Below, in pieces: positions 48,966-63,130 of a stretch of DNA of 64,000 nt. The stretch lies in the NCBI RefSeq assembly GCF_009914755.1, contig NC_060933.1. One strand, written 5' to 3'. The translations under genes and the position numbers were made by a program. The notes under the pieces are model-generated. The model was not told the origin of the DNA. It saw nothing but the letters and a program-made list of their open reading frames with translations, and searched no databases. Source of the stretch: the human T2T-CHM13v2.0 reference genome, Homo sapiens. How positions within the stretch are numbered: position 1 is the first letter of the stretch; each line of letters begins with the position of its first letter.

Positions 48966-49274
48966 TCACTTGGATGGGTTTCCACAATGCATTGTTAGTT
49001 GAAAAATTCAAGAAATATATGTAATGTGATCCATTTGGTCAAATAAAGATCAGCAAGCCCTATATGTATACGATGCACAGGCACATGGAAGATATGGGAT
49101 ACACGCCAGGTTATTAACTTTGGTTTGGGGAATATCAGGGAAAGACCAGGGAGATGGAAAAGAGGGTCAGACAAAACAAAAGTGTTTTAAAAGTTTCCGT
49201 GAAAACAGCAATGTATGTGATATATTTGTGGACAAACGTGTGTATGAAAGCAGAGAAACAGAAAGGTGTTTGAG

Positions 49275-49586
49275 GACTGGGCACAGTGGTTCATGCCTGT
49301 AATCCCAGCACTTTGGGAGGCCGAGGAGGGTGGATCACCTGAGGTCAGGAGTTCAAGACCAGCCTGGCCAACATGGTGAAACCCTGTCTCTACTAAAAAT
49401 ACAAAAATTAGCCGGGCGTGGTGGCAGGTGCCTGTAATCCCAGCTACTCAGGAGGCTGAGGCAGGGAGAATTGCTTGAACCCAGGAGGTGGAGGTTGCAG
49501 TGAGCTGAGATCGTGCCACTGCACTGCAGCCTGGGTGACACAGCAAGACTCCATCTCAAAAAAAACAAAAAAAAGAAAAAGAAAAA
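49275..49586 (+). mobile_element. AluSx-like with 15-bp TSD
   Basis: TSD agaaaggtgtttgag at 49260-49274 and 49587-49601. Confidence 0.94.
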
Positions 49587-49684
49587 AGAAAGGTGTTTGA
49601 GCAGGATCAAAATGTCCATGGTGAGGTTTAGGGAATTATTAATTTGTTCTTTATACAATTTTATATACTTCTTTCTTAAAACCT

Positions 49685-50133
49685 TTTTATTTATGGTAGA
49701 GATGAGGCCTTGCTATGTTGCCCAGGTTGGTCTCCAACTCCTGGCCTCAAGTGATCCTCCCACCTTGGCCTCCCAAAAATGGGGAGAGTTTGAAGTTTGA
49801 GTTCAGCCAAGTTAACTGCCTGCAAAAATAAAAAGTCGACACTCAGAAGAACATAATAAAATCCAGAGTCTTTACAACTTATCACCTAGGCTGGAATGCA
49901 GTGGCATAAACATAGCTCACTGCAGCCTCAAACTCCTGGGTTCAAAGGATCCTGTCTCAGCCTCCCAAATAGCTAGGAATACAGGCAAACATCACCATGC
50001 CTGGCTAATTTTTTGTAGAGATGGGGTCTTGCTATGTTGCCCAAGCTGTTCTCAAACTCCTGGCCTCAAATGACACTCTCACCTTGGCCTCCCAAAGTGC
50101 TGAGATTACAGGTATGAGCCACTGCACCTGGCC
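49685..50133 (-). mobile_element. Rearranged AluJ: extra left-arm piece + 104-bp L1-derived insert + dimer lacking its 3' end
   Basis: Left-arm text at 49696-49778, non-Alu sequence at 49781-49884, Alu resumes at 49885 (cctaggctggaatgcagtggc). Confidence 0.85.
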
Positions 50134-50334
50134 TTTAAACACTATTTTTTAAAAAATCTTTTAAGTATGTGTTAACTACATAAATAGAAAAAGTAAAGGT
50201 ATTTTTATCATGAAGAAAGATTTTTTTTAACTCCAGAAGTATATAGAGTCAAAAGTGAAAACTAAAAGACCAACCCAATTTCCATTCTCCAGAGCTAATC
50301 ACTTTTAACATTTTGATGAAGGCATGTCCAGATT

Positions 50335-50389
50335 ATATAGATTACATATACATAATACATATATATGCATACCACATACATACACACAC

Positions 50390-50432
<43 letters not shown>
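50335..50432 (+). repeat. (TA)n/(CA)n microsatellite
   Basis: Direct reading. Confidence 0.93.
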
Positions 50433-50469
50433 CCTATTTTTCTTTTTTAATAAAAAGGTCAGAAAAATA

Positions 50470-50640
50470 ATAAAGGGGGTGGGAGGAAACTTTGGGAGGT
50501 GATGAATATGTTGATGGCCTTGATGATGATGATTTCACACATATATACTTATCCCTAAACGCATCAAGTTGTATAGATTAAATATGTACAGCTTTTTATA
50601 TGTCAATCATGTCTCAATAAAGCAATTTTTTAAAAAAAGA
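50470..50640 (+). mobile_element. L1MB-type 3' end
   Basis: ggaaactttgggaggtgatgaatatg...tatgtcaatcatgtctcaataaagc. Confidence 0.8.
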
Positions 50641-51389
50641 AAAAGAGTCAAAAGAAGAAGAAAAGATGAAAGTGTAGCCTTCTGGGAGTTTCAGAACCCG
50701 GGTTACAGAGTCTAACCTGCCCCTCCTCCACTGCGTCTCCTCCTACCTCTGTATTCCTGACACAGATGCCTGGGGCACTGTCACAGGAGGTCCTGGGCCC
50801 GGGACCTCTATCCTCGTGCATTCTTCTTAAGGAACTGTCTGCTGTAAGCACCAAGTGTCCCTAAAAAAGGCGCCATCTCAGCAGCTGGAATGGTGCAGCA
50901 CTGGCACAAGCACCCCCAGCTCAGCCAGACGAGGGGACCCCGTCGTCCCTGTGGCTTGAATACTTCCCCATACACCATGGATGGTGCTAGGACTTAATTA
51001 TGTTCTCCACAAATTCATATGTCGAAATTCTAATTCCCAATAGGACAGTATTTGGAGATGGGGCCTTTGGGAGACAATTAAAGTGATACCAGATATTACT
51101 GGATCAGTGCTGAACTTCTTGGGTTGACCGTGGTACTGTGGTTATGTAGGAGAGTGTCCTTGCTCTTAGAAGATACTCTGAAGTATTTTGAAATGAAATG
51201 TTGTGATGTCTGCAAATAACTCCCAAATGAGGCTGGGTAGGGGAGAAAACCAATGTTACAAGATTTTAATAGGTTGGTGAAGCTAGGGGATAGTAACTAT
51301 TCTTTTCTTTCCATTCTTTGGTGAAGTTGAACTTTTTCAAAATAAAAGCTGTGGGAAAGCTGGGTCCATGTCTGGTCACTGGCCAGCTC

Positions 51390-52295
<906 letters not shown>

Positions 52296-52309
52296 TGTAG
52301 ATAGTCACT

Positions 52310-52660
52310 GATACAGACACATATAAATGAATGTGCTTACACAAACACACACTGTCACACAGGAAGACACACAACTGCTCAGTGAAGTACACATAGAGAA
52401 ATAATCACAGACACATCTGTGAACAGCACACAATTATGTAGCTCATATAAACACATAAACACACATTCATACAAGACATCCGGATGGACTCATGCACTAA
52501 CACATGTTAATCTTTACCTATACATCTACTAATCCACACACATACGAACATTGACGTGCACAGTCACGTATACCCAGACAAAAAAACATGCTCACGCAGC
52601 CACACGTGTATGAAGAGTCAGGAGCACAGTCATGAACGGACACCTACACACACACACTCA
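52310..52660 (+). repeat. Degenerate CA-rich low-complexity tract
   Basis: Dense cacaca/acatac words without strict period. Confidence 0.6.
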
Positions 52661-55054
52661 CCCTTGCCTGGCCTGGGACTGATGCCCTTGCTAAGCCTGG
52701 CTTGGGTGGGCACCACTGGGCCACTCTGCAACCCTTGGCTGGGAGGACCTCAAACCTCCTGGCAGCACTCCCCTCCCAGGATAGGCGATCTGAGAAGGGG
52801 TGGGGGCTGCTAGGCACCTCTAGAATTATGACTGCTCTGAGGCTGCCTTTAGGAGCAGCAATGTCACCGAGGCCATTAGCTGCCTGGGCAGGGCCGTAAA
52901 ACACGCCTGGCTCAGCACCCTCTCCTCCAGCCACGTCTGTGTCTGTGGTCACCCTGCCTACAGGGCAGTGCCGAATGCCAGAGACAGTGGCCTCTCATGG
53001 CCAGGTGCTAATGAGACGAGGTCAGCAGGAAAAAGCTCCCCAGTGACCCCAGGTGGCTAATCACCTGGCCGGTTGGCTGATGACCCTATGGGGTCAGGGC
53101 AGGCAGCAGGCAGTGGTTCTCAGTGAGGCAAGGCAAACCGGTCTACGCTCTGCCCAGAGCCAGCTGGAGCCAGCAGGGGCTGGGGCTAGAGAGGGCTATG
53201 GCCACCAGGGGAGGGCCTGAGATGACACCTGGCCACCCAGGTGGGCTCTGTCAGTGCCTGGAGCTCCCAAGGCACACTCAAGGCCAGATGCCAGGCAGCA
53301 AGCCAACCCTAGAGCCCAGCAGCTGGCATAGCCCAAGCTGCTCCAGGCCCCCTGCCTGATGTGCCGAGGATGCCAGTCTGAGCTCCTGAAGTCTTCTGGG
53401 AGCTGGATGTGCCTGTTGCCCCAGCACCCATGCGGGAGACCCTGAGGAACCCTCTGTGGCCATCCTCCCCAGCCCCTGCTCACGGGGAGCCTTTGGGTGA
53501 CGCCCCCTGCTGGGCGCAGGAGTGGAGGGACAGCTTCCAGAGGGGTCCCTACCATACGTCTAAAAGCCTAGAAGCTGAAGAGAATGCAGTTTGTTCAGGA
53601 ACTCAGTGACATAGCTGTGAAGAGGGACCAGCGTGATGGAGGGCGGCGGTGGGAGGGGACATGGTGCGTTCAGGGCTTGAGAGAAACCTAGGCTGGCTGG
53701 AAGGGGGTGGGGGAGCTAAAGAACAGGTGATGCCCAAACCATGCAGCCCCAAGACAACAATTTGGGGCTTTAGCCTGAGAACACTGGGAGCCACAGATGG
53801 GTAAAGGAGTGATGTGATCTGATTTGACACGATGTCCCTGGCCGTCTCCTGCAGCACGTGGCCATTATTCCAATACAGAAGTGCCAAGGTGGACTGGGAC
53901 AGGAAAAGGGGAGGAGACATCTTACATTGTGTCAGGGACTGTGCACCAGCAACCCATGTTTTGCCAAAAGAATGCTACTTGCAACCGGTGTTAAACCAAG
54001 AAGCTGGGTTCCATTCATTCATTCATTCACACATGCATGTGTTCTTGTATCTACCATCATATAGGCCTCACGGAGATAAGAAATAAACCCGATCCTGCCA
54101 TCCAGGGGTGTACTGTCCAGTAGAGGAGGAGGAAAGGGAAGGGGCAGGAGCTGGAACCAGCATTTATGGAGCGCCTGCTGTATGCCTCACAATCACCCAC
54201 TGAGGGAGGTACTTCCCAGCCCATTTTATAGACAAGGAAACTGAGACTCGGGGTGAAGCCACCGGTCCACATTCTCACAAAGGGCTCCAGCCCCGGGGGC
54301 AGAAAGGTTTCAGAGTGACAGAGAGCAGCCTGAGCTCCTCCAAGGGTAATTTCAATCCTTGTCTTCAGGCCCAGCAAGGTTCTGAAGTTCCCAGAAAGGA
54401 TGAGACCCTGGGGGATTGTCTGAGGGCCCAGCGCTGCCTCCCCCTCAGCTGTGATTAATGCCTGACAGTCCCTCCACTTGCAGGGAACTCATCAGACTAA
54501 TATTTCCTGATGTGAACTCCGTGTCGCCCTCGAATGAGAAATCCCAGCCCCTTCACCTTCCGTGCCCCAGATGAATGGGCTCCCATCCCGAGTCCCGTGA
54601 ATGATGCAGCCCACATCTGCAGAGGGAGCTCGATAAAGACCCTTTATCAGCAGAACCATGGCTCCCCATGGCCAGCCATCGGACCCCAGCTCCCCTGTCA
54701 CGCTACTCCCCTGGAGCTGACCCTGGACTGCCTGCCAGAGACAGGGAGGCAAGGTCAGTACCTAGCAGATGGGAAGAAAGGGTTCCGTAAAGGAGGGATA
54801 GGCCTTCTCCAGCCCTGCCTCCCATAGCTGGGACTCTTGAGGATCAGAGGGAAGGGGCGGGGTCTGCCAACATTTTGTGGTGAGCCCAAGGAGGGCGTGA
54901 GCATGTGGCCAGGCTAGCATCAGATGCCTGCTGAAGGCAACCTAGAACCTCCAAAGTTCTGTGGAGTGGAAATGGAGGGTGTGGAACCAAGTGGTTCTAG
55001 GAACAGAAACACCAGTGGTTGGTCTAGTGGTAAGAGAAAATAGAAACGATACCC

Positions 55055-55270
55055 AGTATCATGTGTTGAGTGCTCGCCATGTGCTAGGCATGGTGCCAAA
55101 CATCAATATGCATTGTTGCCCCTGATCCTCACAGAGCCTCGTGTGAAAGGAGGTATGATCCCCTTTTACAGGAGAGAAAAGTGAGGCCTAGAGCAGTTAA
55201 ATGATACTCTGAGTGGAGGTGTCAAGATTCAACCTTAGATTTCCCTAGCTTCCAAGCTGTGCTTTTAGCT
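55055..55270 (-). mobile_element. MIR
   Basis: gttgagtgctcgccatgtgctaggcatggtgc...ccccttttacaggagagaaaagtgaggc. Confidence 0.8.
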
Positions 55271-56787
55271 ATTCATCATGCAGACATTCAACTGCTATTT
55301 GTAAAATGCCATCTTTGTGCCTAGCATTGAGCCAAGTGCTGGGACTACACAAGGCAAACATGGTCCCTGTCCTCCTGGAGCTTGCAGTCCTGTGGGGAGC
55401 TGACCTCCCACAAGGGGACTGTGGTGCTTCAGTGAGAATGTGGGTGAGGCCTGGGTGCTCAAGGAGAGTCTCGCCAAGGAGAGGGAAGCACCTTATCTTG
55501 CCCTTAGCACAGTGCTTCCTAGGGAGAAGCCAGTCCAACCCCTAGTGTGGGTCCTGAGAACAAGTCCTCCTTGAGGTGGCCAAAGGTGGAAAGAATCCAG
55601 GGCTGAAAGTCAAAGCACTGAAGGCCAAAGCCAGGAAAAAGAGAGCAGCCATCCTGCCCAGCAGGTGCCCATGGGCTGATGGCAGAAGTGGAGTTGGAAT
55701 GTGGATGGGACAGAATCAACCAGAAGGAAACCAGGGGTCTCCTGCTCGAAGGGGGCGGCCAGAGCTGTGTGGACCCTGGCTGTGGGGCAGCTTGGGCTGG
55801 CCTCCAGATGGAGACGGAGAAGATGGATGTCCACACCCGAAAGGGATCTCCCCGCTGAGGGTGCCCCCCGCCCCGACCACAGGATATACTTGGAGTCAGG
55901 TACACAGCAGGTGATCCATCTGTGGGAGGCCCCGAGCCAGAGGCTCAGGGAGCAGGTGTGACTCAGGGGTGAGCTGGCATGCGTGATGAAGGCGGCTCAA
56001 GCCCCAGACAAGCAGCGTGGGTTCCAGCTCAAGCTCCAGGCCCTGCAGGAAGAGGGACAAGGGTAAGAGCCAGATCTAAGCAGACCCACAGCCAGAGCGG
56101 AGGGTGCTAAGAGTAACATTGAAGGTCACCTGCCGATGGTGCTGTGGCCAAGCGGCCACTCTCCAGTCAGTAAGGGTGGGCCTGGGGCTCCCACTGGGAA
56201 AGGCAGGGTAGGCAGAGCCACCCACCCACGCCTGGGGCTGCCAGGAGCTGGAAGTATGGGGTGGGAAGAGCCTAAGCCCTGGCTGCAGAAAAGCTCGTCT
56301 CTCCCCTGCATTTTACCTGTAGTTTGGCTCTAGGACCTCATCGTGTGCAGTTTCCTGTATTGTAAAGGATGGACACATCATGCCCTCTGACCTGCTCCCT
56401 CCCTGAGCCCCACCTGCGCAAGGCTCCACCCTGTTTCTGAAGCTGCCTTGAACCTGACCCTCAATTCATCCTTGACCCTTACCCTGTCCCTGACCCCATT
56501 CCTGAGCCTCACTCCATCCTGAAATTTCTTCCATCTCTGGGCTTCAGCCCCTCCCTGTCTTTTCACCCCTTCCTCAGTCCACTCCAGTTCTAAGCCTCTC
56601 TCCTCCCACATCTGGTTACCCCATTTCTGACTCCCGCTCCAACCCTGCCATCCCACACCCTACCCCAGATCCTTCCCCATCCTTCCCGCCCACACTGCCT
56701 CTGGAATGGGGTTGGGATTCAGCAAGGCTCTGGGAAGAGAGAGGAAGGTATCTGTTGTTCATATTCCTTATAAATTATTTCAAAGCT

Positions 56788-57086
<299 letters not shown>

Positions 57087-57133
57087 TCAAAGCTGAGAGG
57101 TTCCTGTTTTCTTTGGGTGGGGGGGGGCAAAAA

Positions 57134-57220
57134 AAAACAGGTGGGAATTTCAAAATCCACTTTATAAAACAGGTGGGAATTTCAAAATCCACTTTATAAA
57201 ACAGGTGGGAATTTCAAAAT
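57134..57220 (+). repeat. Perfect 32-bp tandem repeat x2.7 (VNTR)
   Basis: aaaacaggtgggaatttcaaaatccactttat at 57134 and 57166, plus a 23-nt partial copy at 57198; no mismatches. Confidence 0.97.
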
Positions 57221-57234
57221 GACCTCATTAAAAT

Positions 57235-57472
57235 GCCAGATATAGTATCAATCCATAGCTTGAGACACCAGAATAGTGGTCCCCCTTGTGCGAGGAGGGA
57301 GGATTGAGACTGGAGCAGGACACAGAGGGAGGGGGACTTCTGGGGGCGAGTGATGTGGTTTCTGGAGTTGGATGTTGGAAACACAGGTGTATTCGGTTGG
57401 TAAGATTCATCAAGCAATATATTTATTATTTGTGCACTTTTCGGTATCTATGCTATACTTCAATAAAAAGTT
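57235..57472 (+). mobile_element. L1M 3' end
   Basis: gggggacttctgggggcgagtgatgtgg...tatgctatacttcaataaaaag. Confidence 0.75.
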
Positions 57473-57739
57473 TTTCTGTAATGCTCTGTAGCCTGGGCAG
57501 ATTGGACCCTCAGGGCAACAGAGCTGGCTGCTGGGTCCCTGTAGCAGTGGGGTCATGCCACGCTGGGGGCACGCCACCCTGGGGGCCTTCGGAAAAGCAG
57601 AGTCTGGTTCTCTGCTCCCAGGACGGTTTCATCCCAACGGGATGCTGACGAGGAGCCCCCACCCGCCCTCTGCTCAGCCACACACCCCATTGTCCTCTGG
57701 GACCTTGCCTTGGTGCCAGCTGCCTTTCCTACCCTAACA

Positions 57740-58250
57740 GCTGTATTTTTCAGGTACAATATGACAGGCTCAATCTATTCCTGTTATATATTTCCCAGTA
57801 AATGGACAAGGTGAAAACAGTGTCAGTTCAAATCACTATCATGACACTTAATTCTGATTTACTGTACCTTTTGCTGCAATCTTGAAAGTGCCTGCATCTG
57901 TGGTGAGCTGGATCGCCCAGCCAGGCCCCACGGGGTCGACGTTAAGATCAGCTTCAATAAAAGAATTTAGGGTAAGGCAGCCCCAGGTGGGTGGGGGGCA
58001 AGCTGGGGCCCAGAGGACCAGCCAGCGGAGACGCTGAAGCTGCTGCTCTTCCACACCTCCCTCCCTCGACTCTTTGTCCCCAGCCCTGTGTTTGCAGCAG
58101 CTGGGAAATTTATGGAGGCTCCATAAACGGGTTTTACAGACAGCTGTTAGAGCGTGCGGAGCAAGGCTTGGCTGTCGGGGGACCCAGTCGCAGGCTTACA
58201 GCCAAGACACTTAAATATTATGGCCCCACATATATAAAAAGTGTGCTGCG
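57740..58250. promoter_or_regulatory. Candidate Hox/Cdx-Pbx-Meis type enhancer
   Basis: TGACAG 57762, TGATTTAC 57855, palindromic TTTATGGAG-G-CTCCATAAA 58109-58127 and ATTATGGCC ~58217 in non-repetitive DNA. Motif evidence only. Confidence 0.4.
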
Positions 58251-58529
58251 CACATCCTCAGCTGCCTCCCTCCTCCTGACCCAGGAGCACGGGGTCTGGC
58301 CAGAGAATAGCAATGCTCGCAGTTGCTGGCTCGGCAGAGACAGAATGCCCGCTGCAACCCCTTACCGCAGCCCCTGCAACCGCCACCGGGAAACTCTGGC
58401 AGGGCTGGGAGCAGAGAGATTCATCCAAACAGCAGTGCCAGCGCGTGCTGGCCCCCGCCTGCCCCTGCTCTCCGGGCCCACTGCGCCAGGCTCAGCTCAC
58501 CAAGTTCTCTTAGCCTCACGGCCTTGCTC

Positions 58530-58890
58530 CAGCTGTTTCTACTGCCTTGAAAGCGCTCTTTCTTTCTCCCAATCCCCTAGCCTTTTCTTGGCCAATTCCT
58601 ACCTACCCTTCCAGAACCCGGCCTAAATGGTGCTTTCTCAAAGGCACGGTCACCACCCTTCAGAGTCAGGTCTCCTCTTAGAAATGCTCATAGCCCCCCG
58701 GACTTCTTCATAACATTTATAACAATTGTAATTAAATAATTATTGGTGTCATTATCTGTTTAATATCTGTCTTCCCCACTGGACAATAAACTCCGTGAAA
58801 ACAGGGACTCTATCTGAATTATCCCTACTGCCTTGTGCAGGGCCTGGCACTCAGTGAATATGTGATGAATGATGGCACGCCTGAATGAGT
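58530..58890 (+). mobile_element. L2 3' region
   Basis: tgtttaatatctgtcttccccactggacaataaactccgtgaaaacagggac...ggcctggcac...tgaatga. Confidence 0.78.
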
Positions 58891-59649
58891 GAATACGCAG
58901 CGATGAATTCCACACAACCCTCAGACAGAACACAGCAAAATGTGCTCAGTTCCTAAGAGCAGGAGAAGGATTCCTCAAAGAGAAGGCACTCTACAAGGGG
59001 GAATCCAGACAGGCTTCCAGGAAGAGGCACCATCAGCCCTCATAGTATAAGTAAAGCGCTTTCATTCAGAAGCCCCAACCATGAAGCTTAAAATGTGAGA
59101 CAGTGAGTGAGTCCTTTAGTCTCGGTGAGCCTCCGCTTCCCATCTTTAAAATGGGACTAATGATGGTTCCTACATCATATGGTTATTGTGAAGGTCAAAT
59201 GTACTTAGCACAGCACATGTAATAAAAGTTCTTTAAACTATATCACTAGTAAATATAGCTGGAGCTTGGTAATGCCAGGCAATGGGAACAACATATATGA
59301 AGGTATTGATGAGGAGTAAAAATCATTCTCTGCTGCCTCGGAAGCCATGCCTTGTATCTCAGAAATTCAGCCTGAGCTATTTGACCAGGGGAGAGTGTCT
59401 GACCTGATAAGAGCCAGTGATAGGTGGCTGGTCAGGGACCTATGACCTAAGGCCAATGAGATTTCCTCTCATGGGTGATTGATTGAAGAGACATGAGAAG
59501 AATTGGCAGGAAGAGCAGAAACTGTAAGTTCCATGATGAAAATATCATGGCACAACAAAATAGAAATTAAGTAAGTGCAGGGGTCAGAGAGAGCCAGTCC
59601 AGCCCATCTCAAGCCTTATGATGGAAGTCTTATTTTTTTCTGTTGGAGG

Positions 59650-59820
59650 AGGCAGCATAGTAGTGCAATTAAATTCGACTTCTCGCTCACAAGCGTACAA
59701 GCTGTGTGACCTTGGACAGAATACTTAACCTCTCTGAGCTTCAATTTCCTTGTTTGTAACATAGGGATGATAAAAGCATTATCTCAGAAAGTTGTATGGA
59801 TTCAATGAAATAATGTGGTG
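59650..59820 (+). mobile_element. MIR
   Basis: gctgtgtgaccttggacagaatacttaacctctctgagcttcaatttcc. Confidence 0.85.
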
Positions 59821-59905
59821 GACTATATTACCATTCACTGGTATCCTCACCAAGACCAACCAGCCTGGTTTCAAAGATATTGTGATTGCTTAAGACTTGG
59901 CACTA

Positions 59906-60336
<431 letters not shown>

Positions 60337-60499
60337 TCAACCATTTTGGTTCACAAAAGCTGTCCCATAGAGTTCAACATTAGAAGAGGAAGGATCCCTC
60401 AGGATCCAAGAGCCCTGGAGAATGCAAGACTAGGGCATTCCTCCCGGGAGACAGAATCAGGACCTGATCAAGGAACATTCCCCGTGCCCAGTGAAGGAA

Positions 60500-61230
60500 C
60501 CCTTTGAAATGTGGGTCCAGCCTGATTTCAGAATTTCTCCAGTGCTCTGACTGCCATGTGTCTCCCATTCTGGTCCCTTCGAATAGAAGTGTTTAACTGA
60601 GATTGCCCTGTTCCATTTCACCACAGCATATTGAGTCTGTGGGTGGGAGGTAGCCGGTCTTTTTGGTTCATAGATCTCTGAACCAAAATGAGCCAGTTAT
60701 TTCCTCTCCCTAATGAGTTTCAACTTGATCACAAGATCACACAAGATCCTGGACTTTGGGCTTCAGCCTGAACTAGTGGCTGGATGGAACTTTGGATTGC
60801 TTGCCTGGAGGTGAACATGTTCTACATGTAGGAGGTAGAGGGAATTGAACATGTGGTGACCAGAAGAACAGGGCCAATCCAGATTTTTTTTGGCCACTAA
60901 TGCCCTAGCCCATTGAAGTCAGTCTTCGCCACGTAACTCACTTTGACCAACAAAATGTGAGTAGAAGTGACATGTCACTCTAAGCAGAAACTGCTAGAGT
61001 CAATTTGTATTTGGCCACATTTTCACATTTTCTTTCCTACTAAAACAACAAACACAACCAGCAATGGTCCAGACAGAGAATGCTCCAGCGGCCTGGATTC
61101 TGGAAGAAAAAAAGTGAATTGCCAAACCCTAGCCAACTTGACCTGGACAGTAGCATGAGTGAGAAATAGACACTGTAAGATCCTGGGATTTTGTTACTGC
61201 AACATAGCTTGGCTTATCCTGACTGACCCA
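60500..61230 (+). mobile_element. MLT1 internal 3' end plus adjoining MLT1 (J/H-like) LTR
   Basis: MaLR-int text (gactgccatgtgtctcccattc, cctggactttgggc), then LTR tttgaccaacaaaatgtgagtagaagtgac...ttgttactgcaacatagc...tcctgactgac. Confidence 0.65.
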
Positions 61231-61422
61231 ATCACTCAACACAGAGCCTGGCTCAAAATAGGTGTCATCACGACTTTTTTCCTATCTCTCGAAAGCCAGA
61301 TAATCATATTAAAATTCCTGGAGACACACATAAAGTATGAGTTTGGTTTGGTAAATAATTAAATGGAACTAGAGTGAAGCCTACATGGAGGGGAGTAGTT
61401 AACAATAAAAGTGAGAAACTGA

Positions 61423-61752
<330 letters not shown>

Positions 61753-62109
61753 AAAGCGAGAAACAGAGGCCAGATTATCAAGGACTTGCAATAGAAGCCA
61801 TATGTTTGGCTGAACTTATTTTGTAAAGGGTACAAATAAAATCACCTTTACAATTCCAATGTTAATTTCCCTATCAGAAGAAAGAGTATCTTTCTTACCC
61901 TCTCACACCAAGTTAAATCTGAGATCCCCAACAGGAGTCAGTTGAGGTTACTGCTATCTCACAGAGAGGAGCAGAAAATCCAATCTGTCCACCAGAGGGA
62001 GGGCCTGTGTTCCTGGCTGCTGGCTTCTCTGCCTTTCAGTGTCACAGCTGAAAACAGACCCGCCCAAAACAAGCAGCATAAAAGAAACAATTGATAGACC
62101 TCCCCACGC

Positions 62110-63130
62110 TAAAATGTAACACTTCTAAATGACCTAAATGACCGCAGACACCATAAACAAGCTAAAAACAAGCTATAACCTGGGAGAAAATATTTGCAAT
62201 TTATATAACAGATAAGGGATTAGCATCCAGAATATATAAAGAATTCTAGCAAATCAATAAGAAAAAGACAAATGGCCCAATAGAACACTCAGCAAATGAT
62301 AAAAAACAGTCGATTTATAGAAAAGGAAATTCAAATGGCCAATAAACTTGAAGAATGTTCAATTTCACTAGTAATCAAGGAAATAAAACATTAAGTGACT
62401 TTGAACTATATTTCACTCATCAGATTGGAAAAAAGAAATTAAAGCATTAAAGCTTGATATGAAATGTTAGTGAGAGTGTGTGGAATTCGGGACTCTTGGA
62501 TCCTGCTGGTCACAATGGAAATTCGTATCACCGCTTTGAAGAACAAGAAATCCACTTGCCAGTATCTCCTCTGGAGATAATGTTTGCACATGTACACAAG
62601 GAGACCTCTGTGAGGGTTTTTACTGAAGTACTTTCCATAAGAATAAAAAACTGGAGACAGCCCAAATGTCTATCAACAGGGAATTTGCTCAATAAACCAT
62701 AGCATGGCCCTACTATGAAGTATTATGCAACCATTTAAAAGAATGGGGTAAATCTATGACATCACCTGGAGAGATATTGTTGGGCAAATAAAGCAAGAGT
62801 CAAATACTTAGAGTAGTACCTTTTATGTAGAGACAAAGAGGACGAGAAAAACAGAAACACCCAAAGTAATTTTTTAAAATTTTATATGAGTATGGATGCA
62901 TAAAAAATACTTGAAACAATGATTCAAAAGGAAATACGAGTAGCAATCTCTGAGACTTCGGGAAAGGACTTTGTGTGGTGGTGGTGGTGGTGGTGGTGGT
63001 TATGGTTGAGAGAGTGGCAGGAAAGAATTAAAAGGGACTTGAGCTTTATCAATATTTTTGTATTTTTTACAGAAGACAAAAAGGAGAAAGTATTTATGAA
63101 CTGCTTGTATAATTGAAAATTAATTATTCA
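62110..63130 (+). mobile_element. L1ME-type ORF2 end / 3'UTR
   Basis: gggagaaaatatttgcaa, gcaaatcaataagaaaaagac, cccaaatgtctatcaacagg; contains (TGG)n at ~62975-63000. Confidence 0.8.

Noticed and set aside
56440-56530. Hexamer-periodic cctgac-like tract
   Set aside because: Degenerate simple repeat with no further structure
57134-57220. 32-bp direct repeats resembling a CRISPR array
   Set aside because: Units are head-to-tail with no spacers, there are no cas genes, and the context is primate
57991-58626. Longest ORF (211 aa)
   Set aside because: Non-ATG start, no recognisable domain, GC-rich context, and its 3' end runs into an L2 remnant
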